This document shows, one piece after another, positions 53,621 through 64,000 of a stretch of 64,000 nt of DNA (its first letter is position 1; each line of letters begins with the position of its first letter). The position numbers and the translations under genes are program-made. The notes under the pieces were generated by a model. The model ran no database searches. It was not told where the DNA came from and saw only the letters and a list, made by a program, of their open reading frames with translations. Origin of the DNA: Sphagnum compactum (taxonomy: Eukaryota); assembly GCA_965153455.1 (NCBI GenBank), contig OZ234494.1, forward strand, positions 11,656,001 to 11,720,000, given 5' to 3'.

Positions 53621-54547
53621 AATTCCTCTAAAATTTCAAGTTCCCAACATTATTCCACTCATTTCTATTCTTTCGAAGTACCCCAAACATGAAATCCACT
53701 ATCCCTCTTTCCACCATCTACTTAGACTCATCGTCCTTCTCCTTCCCTTCCCAAGAAAAATATCACAAGAAGAACACCCCCAAAACTCCTCTCTCCCAAG
53801 CTTTTCATGACCTCTCCTTAAGCTTGTTTTCTTTGTCCCATGGAAGTTGTGGAAATCCTTCCCTCTAATCCATGGCCTCCTCATCCTTCAAGAACCAATG
53901 AGAATCGAAAATGATTTGCCCTCCAATGGAGTTTAGGATGAACATTTTTGTGCCCAATGAAACACCAAAAGGGTTCCATCCTCCAATCAAATAAGATGAT
54001 AATCCTCATGACCAATGGAATTGGAGGACTCATCCTTTTCCTTATCTTGGACATATTGATGAGGTTTTTGAACTCGATCCTTATCCACTTCGTCCGTTTG
54101 ACTTTCAAATCTTAATTCTTCATTCTAATTATTTCAAGTAACTAACCACTAGAATAATTTATCAGTAGTAATAAGTAAACATCCTTGAGTTCCTACTTGA
54201 CTAAATCAACTCAATGGTAGTAGTAATATTCCCGTGTGCCATTTACTCTTTTAATATCGTTTAATTATTCTTTACCAGGTACTAATTAATTGTGTAGTAC
54301 ATAGTAAATTGGAATTAAAATTTCCATTGCAAGAACCCCCATGTACTTCTAGATCCACCATTGAAATTAAGGTTTGATGAATCCATTAGAATTAGGATGT
54401 TCGGGTTTTCATGAGGTTCCGTCGTCACTCCCACACATTACGCCTCCTTAAGTTGTTAAATAAAGGCATCGACCCCCTCTAAATGCAAATACCACATTGT
54501 TCCAGCTACTCCTTTGGTTTTTGTTGATGTAAGTGAAGATTCAGTCA

Positions 54548-54960
54548 TGGGGGATGATGCTATTACACCTTCGAATCCTCTAGTTATGCCAGTAAAAGAG
54601 GAAGAGTTTAAAGAAACACCGTTTGACGTGAAAATCTCCCAACGGCCGTGTGACGAAAAATCGTTCGAAAGATTGGTGCGCACTCGAGTCGTTCGTTTGG
54701 CATGGGATCGTCGATTGTCTCTTAACCCACACGCTTTAGCGATGTACTTAGAATTTGTTCTCACTTGTGGAGTTACACCAAAAAGGTTTGAAAAGTGTCA
54801 ATGTGAAGATGATGATGTTCGTCTTTATTTTCGAACTTGGGTTCCTGGTGATGGCCATTATCGTTGGTTACAAGGCCCAATCAACCCCCTTTCTATGGAG
54901 CATCGAGCCAAATACCTAGCTCGCACCATTCGTCACATTTTGGATTTTTTACAGTTGTGA
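54548..54960 (+). CDS. Intronless orphan ORF (about 137 aa from ATG), possibly carried by a mobile element
   Basis: Uninterrupted ORF MGDDAITPSNPL..RHILDFLQL with a TATA-like TTAAATAAAG at about 54456 and AATAAA at about 55073 and 55091. No family recognised. Confidence 0.4.
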
Positions 54961-57900
54961 TTTATCCCCTTTAAGTCGTTTGTAATTCATTTACTCTAAA
55001 TTGTAATTCATTTGAAGCTACTCAGGTGGAAATGTTAGGATTTAAATTCGATTTCGATTCTATTTAGGGACCTAATAAAAGTGAACATTGAATAAAGGTG
55101 TATTAAGACTACATCATAAAAATCTTATAAGCACATCATTAGTGCTTGAAGATTATTCTAGAAAACTAATGGCGAAATGTTGTGTTAACTATGCGCTTGA
55201 AAATTGTTCTATCTCTATTGGACCTTTCATCGACACCTCTTCTTCATGAATCTCAACATCCTTGTTATTCACTAAATACTAAAACAAGACTAATGTTTTG
55301 CTAAACACCATGAACTTTGGTGTTTGTTTCCACCCCCACCTCTCTAAAGATCTCTCACCCTTAAATACGCAATTGAGGTCCTAAAATTATGGTTATCATT
55401 TTTTTGTTGAAAAAAAGAATTAACCCAACACCTTATTCACCAATATCGTATTTCGAAAAAAAAAACAACCCCCCCATGCAACCATGCGCATTCATCATTC
55501 CTTATTCTATCTTGAAGTCGCTAAAAACCCCTAATAACCTTATCACACTCGAATATTCTTGATGCAACTCTTAAAAATTGAAATTATCGCACATGGTTGT
55601 GTCGGTATGGCTCATAAGGTAATTTAGATTCATATTAGAAAGATGCATCAATTTCAATAGGTACCATGTATATACAAGTGTTGGTAAGTTCTTTCGAGTG
55701 TTAAACCTAGTGAGTTCATGTTATTGTGATGTGTTCCTAAACCAACAACCCTTTGGTGGAATCAACACATGGGCTAGATTGTGAAACCATCCTTTTGTTA
55801 AAACTAGAATTGAAACTTGGAAAAATAATCTTAAACATAGTTTCAAGTTTTAAGGTAAGCAAGTTAATTTTTTTTGAAAAGTTGGCAAGTAGATCAAATT
55901 TAATAAATACTTATCAATTTTAATTAATTGTAAAATTCCATACTTATATAATCTTATGGAGTTTGTAAAATGAATCATAATTAAGGGGACAAGTTGGTTA
56001 TCATAGTTGCAATTTTTTTTGGATTGTAAATAAATTTAAAATGTAAAGTTATATTCAATAATAACATTATCAATATTTAAATTTTCCATGCTGTAATAAG
56101 CTTTAGTGAAAAATCATATTAAAAAATATGGACAAATTATAAGAAAAAAATGGACTCATAATGACTTTATCCCAATCACAAAGTAAAAATTAACATGTGG
56201 ACCTAAAAAATATGATATAGTCGGGTCTTTTGTTTTTTTCTTTAAATAATAACATCAAATGAGGTGTTTAAGAATAAAATGCATTGAAAATTTCCCTACA
56301 AGAAAATAATAATAATAATTACAATTGCATCATCATGTTTATTTGTCCATTTCTCATTCAAAATTTCATATTTTTACATGGATGTTTTTATTAGGTATGT
56401 GTCCAACCATGTACACACTTGGAGTTACCCATATTTTGAATAAAAGCATAAAGGAATGTACATTAGACACATAAGTTATTTATTTTCATATTGTAAAACT
56501 TTTATCTATAATTAAAAATGGACTCTCAAAAGACCAAAAGTGAACCACTTAACCATGTTTTTGCACTATAATTTGTACATGGAACTATACCTAGTTTTTG
56601 AACCAGGCCCAAAAAATTTCGATGTGAAAAAATGTGTCAAACCAAAACCATAAGATTTAGAAACTTCAAGAAGTGGGGTCAAACCCGCGCTCAAAGAACC
56701 CATCAAAAAAATGTTTAGTGTCAAAACTGGGACCAAAAGTTTGTTTCACAGGAAAAACCAACCAACATTAGTATATACTTGCTTCATACCATCCATAAAT
56801 TAGCCTTTCACTGTAACACTATGACCAAGATGCTATGAATTTTGACTATTCTAAAATTTGCAATGTACTTATGCATGTTTTATTCCCCAAACATAACGAA
56901 GCTTATTGAGCAGAATTACAGGCAACTTGAGTCTTGCAATGAAGCAAGAAACATTACAAGCAACAAGAAATCATCAAATCTAAGTTACATCAAGAGGAAA
57001 TATGAGGCCTAAATGTCACCAATGTTCAAGGAGGCACTCGATAACACCTAGAGCCCATGCTAAACCCTCCATACAAGTTTGCTAATTTCTATTGAGAGGC
57101 CTCTCAGTAGAGTTTTCTTATGACATAAGAAATGTGAACCCTAACCCTTGATGGGTAGGGTTTTAATAAGCCTCAGGGGAATACAGTATGCAGGCACACA
57201 AGTATCAGGGGTTACTGCAAAATATGATACCCTACAAACAAATAAGGTAACTTACACCTTAGTTTATGGCCAGGTTGATAATCAACCTTTCCACAATTCT
57301 AGACCAACAATGGATCAAACCACTATCTATTTGTTGATGTCAATGCAAATGGAAGGTATGGATTAACCTCAAAGGTTCAATCAACCTGATTTGGGTTGAT
57401 GGTGGATTGCATGGAAGCCATTTAGAGGCAATGATAGAGTCCAATCTCAAGATAGGCTCCCTGGAAGTTCTCTTCATAATGAGCAATTTGAGTAGAGAAT
57501 TAAGGCCTCCTGTATAAGTAGTGATAAAATGTGAAGATTGTAGCCAATTTTGGGCTTGCCCAGTTATGTGAGGGAGCAATGGGCAGCAATTTGAAGCCTA
57601 CAGGTCAGTTGCTGGGGATTTGTTATGTCCACTATGGATTCCTATGTGAACCTTTCTCATACTATTTTTATAGAATTGTAATTTTATCTCATATCTAGCT
57701 AAATGGCAATGAAAGCTTTGGATCTAGCAGGTGGTGTTATCATCTTTTGAGCTTCATCTCTTGAGGTTCTTCTTGTTGCAGATAAGTTCAGGGTCTTCAA
57801 AAAATGGGCAGTAAATAATTTAGCACAAGTATTACACAAATGAGCTTTTAGTGATGTACAAAATGTTGTAGCTGGCTTCTTAAAACCCCTTATGTCACAC

Positions 57901-58563
57901 CGTACACGGCAAATACATATGTATATCATGGGTCTGATAATATATCAGGTGTAGCCATGAACGGTTGTATCTAGACATAAGTATCCATGGCAAGGGTATA
58001 ATTACATGAAAAAATATAATCTTCAGAGATAAAAAAAAGATATAACATGGTTCTCAAAAACCACATATGCTTATATTTTTATAAGATCCCTAGTTATTAT
58101 ATCAGGGTAATAATTCAAATACCCAAAAACCAGTAGGTGGATGGATTGATGGATGGAAGGTGGGATGATGGACCACATGGACAAGTAGCACAGTAGAGAA
58201 GAGAAGGTTAGTCATTAGGGAAGTCCAGGTGTGTTGACACACTACTTGTCATTGGCCCTGCTGCTCCTGTGCCTCTGTTTGTCGCCCCCCTCTCCTCTTT
58301 GGAGATTGAAGAAAGCTTGCAATCCCTTCAACAGAATGGACTTCTCTCTCTCTCTCTTTCACCCCTTTGTCTTGAACTGCTGCTGTTGCTGATCTCTCCC
58401 TCTCTCTCTCTCTTCACATTGTCCATGCTGTCAAGGTGTAGTTCAAAACTTTTGAGGATGCCAAAATTCTAAAGAGAAACTATAGAGGCAGACACTAACT
58501 CTCAATCATCAACCTCTACATCAATTCTGCATGAAAATGCACATGTAAAGCCTCGGCTTCCAA

Positions 58564-58599
<36 letters not shown>

Positions 58600-58629
58600 A
58601 GTTTGCAACACAAAAAGGGATAAAAGGGA

Positions 58630-59760
58630 CAATGAGAATAAGGTCAACATGGGGGTTACCTTCTGCACTAGCCTGTGACAGCTTCAGAATTGGCCGCAGA
58701 CAAGAAAAAAGACACCCAACTTCTGTAGCCATCCCTCAACAGCACATGAATTGTCATATGCATATGATCCCTGGGAGACGTGGAGGGAGCAGGACACAAC
58801 TGGATTGGAAAGCTCAAAGCCGGTCAGGATCAGGTGAAATCCCAATGTCTCCATCAAATGTCCTGAATGGACTACATATTTGGAAGCTGGTTGCATAATG
58901 ATTCTCACAGCTATGATGCACCTCCTCCTCAATATGCAAGCCCTGTCAGAGCTTCTGTCGAATGTCCTGTGTATGGCAGGAGGTGGCTTTGAGTTGCCTG
59001 CATTAAATGTACCCCACTTCAATCCAGGTTTTTGCTTCAGCTCTTTTTGCCACCATTGTTGTTGCAGGATTGAACATGAATGCCAACTTGCTTCATCACA
59101 CTCCTATCCTGTTGTGTTCAGCAGACCACTGAACAGCAATTGAACCTAAGAATTGCTCAACTGTTTCAATGAATTTTAGAGAAAGCTCTTTCTTGTTGAT
59201 TAAGAGATCTACTAAGGTCCAGAAACTTCACACGGTTGCAGGTATGCGTCATGATCACAAGCTAGAGCTGAGCAAGAGCACCAGTTCACAATTGGAAAGA
59301 TCTCTCGGATCACTGCTCTTGAGCAGTTTCTTGGAGTTTTTTTTTGGGTGCAGGAAACATTCACAGCCCAGTGGCAGAGATTGCTATTTTGGGAGACAGT
59401 CTGAGGATCAAAGAAACATGCCATGGCTAACCTCTGTTGTTGCAATTGTGCACATGATTGTCTTCATAATGACCATGTGGCATAACAATTGCCCAGCAAA
59501 TATTGTTGTAATTCCTGTTGCTGCAGATTATTGAAGTCTCCCATTTTGTTGAGAAGCAAGTTTGCTTTCCTGACGGAGACCCTATTGCTAGCTCCATCAG
59601 CCAGGAAGTTGGTGGAATTGGGATGCTTGAGTCAGAGCTTGTTGCAAACAACCATGGGGGCTCGCACACCATTTCTTCCTTGTGCTTGCATGCTGGCTTG
59701 TTCCATTTGGTTGAAAATCTGGCAGGTGTTCTTGTGATTGGCATTTCACCCAAGCATGTA
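58630..59760 (+). pseudogene. Rhomboid-like protease (plant RBL-type) pseudogene, 3'-truncated
   Basis: Three consecutive frames give MPWLTSVVAIVHMIVFIMTMWHNNCP / KFAFLTETLLLAPSARKLVELGCL / ELVANNHGGSHTISSLCLHAGLFHLVENLAGVLVIGI, matching the plant rhomboid N-half (PWL..VF..MY.NxCP; FSF..ENPLLGPS..L..GAL; WRLxxxxWLHAGxxHLxxN). Two frameshifts and no catalytic GxSG seen. The 5' boundary is approximate; CT microsatellites lie upstream. Confidence 0.75.
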
Positions 59761-60404
59761 CATTATCTGCAGTTATCTATGACACAGATGATGACATGCC
59801 TTTGAAATCCAAGCACACATTTCTCTTTCCACACTCATTGCTGGCTTGCTGGCTCTATAATTCCAAGGTAAAGTCCTCAGATTTTCATTTGACCATGAAG
59901 TTCAAATCATCCTTAGTGCAATTTCTGAAACACAAATCCCACAAACCTGATCACATTCAACCAGAGTCACTGTGCAGAAGCTCTCTACCTTTGAATCCTT
60001 AGCTTGAATGAATCCTTGACTGAAATATCGGCAAGTGTACCTTCCAAATTCAAACACTCTGTTTTTGTGCAGATGCTTGTGCAGATGACCATGTTGCAAT
60101 CTGTTGACATGTTGCAAAACACAACAAAACACCGTCTCAGAAATTTGCTATGGCATTCCTCAAACAAAACCTTGAGAAAAGATCTTGCATAGATAACACT
60201 TCGTTTGAAATCTGCAAGTTCTAAAGTTTGGCAAATGTCAAAACTTCTGAAACTGTCTTGGATGTCCATCCTCACGATTGAGCTCTAACAAAGAAACTAT
60301 GATCCAAATAGAATGAAAGTAGCAGAGTTCTTGTCATGGGTAGTAGATCTTCCAGTTTCCTTCTTGCACGATGCACTATGTATTTGTTGAACTGTGCTGT
60401 GTAC

Positions 60405-60593
60405 TTGCATTGAGTCATCTTTGTTTGTTCTTTACCAGTGTCATGAGTTCTGTCTCTGCACACTCATTCAAGAAATGGCAAAAATGTAGGGATGGAATTG
60501 AGCTTTCCTGTGACCTTGCATTGAGTCACCTTTGATTGTTCTTCACCAGTGTCATCACTTCTGTCTCTACACATTCAAGAAATGGCAAAGATG
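60405..60593. repeat. Tandem duplication, about 111-bp period x2
   Basis: TTGCATTGAGTCA(T/C)CTTTG.TTGTTCTT.ACCAGTGTCAT..TTCTGTCTCT..CATTCAAGAAATGGCAAA occurs twice. Confidence 0.85.
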
Positions 60594-62500
60594 GACATCA
60601 AGAAAGGTTGCTCATGGTACAAATACATGATGAGTACACAATAAGTGTTGCTCATGGTGCAAATATATGATGAGTATGCCAGTGCATCTGTGGAATTGCT
60701 CTGGAAACCAAGAAATGGGATGCTTCCCATCATCACACCAAGGATACCTGTGGGTATAAAAGTGCCAACAATGTAAACTCAAGACTGGCCTTCTGTTAGC
60801 AACTTTGATCCAAACACTCCACAAGTTCAAGGTTTTTGCATCAGAAGCTGTGTTCAAGAATCTCAATTTGTGTAGCTACTTGGGAGCGCTTGTTTCAAGA
60901 GGCAGGATGGGAAACTGATGACAAATGATGGTGGGAAACTTTAAGGAGAAACAAGCACACAACAAGAGAAGCCAAGCACCAACAAAGTGAGATTGTTGAT
61001 AGATCCAGTGCTCAAAGCATATGAAAGAAGTTTGTAACAGCAGTAGGTCAGTGTTTCTCAATAGGAAAATGGATCTTTAAAGATCTGTTGTTACAGCATT
61101 TTTTATCAGTCCTGTGGATGATTCAAATCACATTTTGCACATTATGACGACCAATTTGGTCATCAAATGACCGTCAAGAGGTGGGGAAATGGCTTCAGCT
61201 GTCAGTTGTAACAATTCTAAAGCTTGCAACCTCTATGAGATTTTCTTGATCCCCTTTCCAGATACTCTGCAATGTGATATGACTACTTCTCAAAAACAGG
61301 CATTTTGTGAACAAATGAAACTTCTGGAAGATTTACTGACATAGTACCCTAACATTTGTAGACCAGCCTCCCCTGCAAGCCAGAGATTGGCAAACAAACA
61401 AGATCATGAGATATGGAGCAATAAGCAAAAGCTCAAAGGCAAGGTTGCATTGCAAATGACAGTAGCCAACCCCTTGCACTAAAATTTCAGAAGACATTAT
61501 TGCTAAATTCCTTGAAGGCAGAAGTTTAAGACACACACAAAAAAGTCTTGCAAATTCTGACTCCTGCACACAGTCATGAGAAAACCAGAAAATATGTGGA
61601 AAATAAAGACCTGATATTACTTCACTTGAAGACATTGCTCTGGTCCTGACCTCATTAGCTTGAGAGTTGCTGCTCACATTTTGGATTGTGGTCTCTCCTG
61701 CACTAAAGAAACGGTTCAAGCTCACACAATCCAGTCTCTGGCAACAATCATAGCACTGCTTGAAACCCCAAGACTCTTCCCAGTGTCAGCCCAAGCTGCA
61801 AACCAAAGACTAGGTGGCATCACCATCCTGATCACAATGCAATGTTGGCCACTCAAGACTCTAATTGTGCCTTGACCCTGTCATGGTGGTAAATCTCAAT
61901 GCGAAAAATTGACAGTAAGAGCCTGTAGTCTCCTCAACTGTAAGCAATTCTCAATCTTTAGGATATTTGGTGTCAAGACATCAGTGTCAAGAGATGTGCT
62001 CAGACGAAAAACAAGAACAGTTGACTGAGATATACCACTCCCATCATCATGGTCAGTTCTCCAAACAAATCTTTGAATTTGAAGCTTTCTATCAGCTGAT
62101 GGGCCCATTTTCATGCATAAATTTTCTGTCCATGCCCTGCAGTTCAGGCAAAATGTATGAGATAGTTCTCTGAGAAAGGAGAAAGCAATTATCTTCAAAG
62201 GTATTGAGAACTTCTCCATACTTCTCAAGTAACATCAACCTGCATGGAATTGAGAGATGACCGATTCATAAGGTTATAGAGTCTTCAGATCCAATATGTG
62301 TATTTCTGTTGCAAGGCCTGCAGTAGCAGGAAGACCTCAACCATGGTGTTGGCTTTCTCCTTCCCAAGAAAGGAGAAAGAAACTGCTCTATTTGGCTAAT
62401 ACCCTGGACATCTGGTACCTCCATCTCTACAATACAATTTGGCTAGAACTGACATCTCTGGCCTCTGTTTTCAATTGAGCTGGAGAAACAGTTTCTTACC

Positions 62501-63911
62501 TCATAACATTTGCATGTTGTCAGAAATTGTCATGGTTGTCCTTGGTTCTAAGAGCTCTTCCGCTTCCACTTTAGCATTCTTGGAGCAAGCCCTTTTCAGT
62601 TTTACACAGCTTTTAATCTCTACCTCAGCCATGAAAGTGGAGCTCACTGGCCGATGATCAGATAACTGTGATTCTGTCTGCTTGTACTCCAATTGCCTTA
62701 AGCCCTTCCCATACCATAGTATTCGATCACACCTGCAAAGAGCAGAACATCACATAAGCAAGGAAAAAGTACACCACACAAAAATATATCTATGAAATTG
62801 CAGAGAAATCTCCACAAACAATCAGTGCAGTCTTAACCTTATTCACCACACAAAATCAAGGTTTAGGGTTGGAGGCAAGGCCAATGCCATCATGAGGGTT
62901 CAGGCATTGAGATTTAGGCTTTTGAGCTTGAAGTCAAGGACAACGAAGCATGAGACTCTGATGTAATTCAAGGACGATATGTTGATTTGATCAGATCCTG
63001 AAGAGTTAGCATCCAAGTCAGAAAGTGGCAAATGCAGAAGAAGAATCCCAGAAGTGGAAGACATTTGTCAGGTCAAGCTCTAGCAATCAAAGATTTTGTG
63101 CCAGAATGATTCTGGAGTTACCAGGCAGGAGTGCGTCGCTTGGTCCCAATTGGTGCATCTTTGCCAAAGTACTCATCTGAATTGAAGATAAACTTGTAAG
63201 TTGGTGGAAAACAAATGGGGTTTTCATGCCAGCCCTCAAACACACGCCCTGCTCTTTGCTCAAGTGTCAGCTGCTCACCCAAAATCAAGACAATGAACAT
63301 TCTCAAATGTCAACTGAATTTGTCATAGAAACAATGTGCCTTGCTGCTAAACATGGCAATTGCAGTGAGAGGACAGGAATCAGAGCTAACTGACAGAGAC
63401 TTTTGCATGAAGAATTTTTTGTCAAAATTGTCAGTACCTGATCTTTCTGAAGAAGGCACTCCCAGGCACCTTGGTTAACCAGCTCCCATGTGTATTCATC
63501 CGGTGCATCAACACGGTAGTTCAGATCTCCAAGCCATATGATTCGACTGTACAGCTCATCAGTCATAGCGACAAACACAATCACAAACGCTCCTCAGCAA
63601 CAATAACCCAGTCTCTTGCACTTGACATTTGCTGCTTCAAATTATCAAGCTTCTCAACATGCAATCGAATGAAGGACCAGTATGACTGATTGAACACAAA
63701 TGAAACAAGTCTCTTACTCATGAGTCATGATAGTCTTGGGCAACTCAATCCTGGGGTGTTTCATCAACCGAGGGAATGTTGTCCGACGCAGTATCTCAGC
63801 AACATCTGCATTTCGCCGAAGTTCATCTCCTTCCTCATGGCCTGATTTCAAATGTGTGCATACAAAACAAAAGCTGGTTTGATGAAGAAACAAACTAACT
63901 GAAACTGCCCC
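62501..63911 (-). CDS. Inositol polyphosphate 5-phosphatase (plant 5PTase/CVP2-like), last four coding exons; 5' part lies beyond the window
   Basis: Exons 63911-63718, 63546-63438, 63270-63122 and 62732-62501, all GT..AG and phase-compatible. Motifs [39 protein letters not shown] and SDHRPV are intact. Confidence 0.95.
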
Positions 63912-64000
63912 CTGCGCACAAAACCCCAAACTCAAGTCTCATTGCTCAAACTCCTCCCAGAAATTTCACAAAGAACTAGTCTCTTGCAATGCACTCTATG

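Noticed and set aside
58290..58600. miR156/529/535-like sequence in CT-rich tracts
   Set aside because: Only simple (CT)n microsatellite; no exact mature miRNA or fold-back partner seen.

Overview
AT-rich, intron-containing, repeat-dense plant nuclear DNA; a moss such as Sphagnum is my inference from gene and repeat style. Three apparently intact genes: a two-exon group X-type AP2/ERF factor (+, 17628-19585), a two-exon germin-like protein (-, 41973-43151) and the last four coding exons of an inositol polyphosphate 5-phosphatase (-, 62501 to beyond the window end). Decayed genes: a DnaJ + Jiv90-domain (DNAJC14-like) pseudogene, a rhomboid pseudogene and an isolated one-repeat TPR exon. The rest is mostly transposon debris: a LINE RT fragment, a tRNA-derived SINE, several MITEs, two PIF/Harbinger elements, hAT remnants, a gag remnant, tandem repeats and about 2 kb of degenerate telomere-like repeats. 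The most unusual structures are (i) a Harbinger remnant apparently split by telomere-like arrays and lying next to an F-box-like ORF, (ii) a small hAT element with a perfect 8-bp TSD enclosing a GC-richer transposase-like fragment, and (iii) intronless orphan ORFs at 53.7-55 kb. I found no CRISPR array, rRNA or intact tRNA, and no clearly new biological system. Family calls are from motif recognition by eye; TE boundaries without TIR/TSD are approximate.
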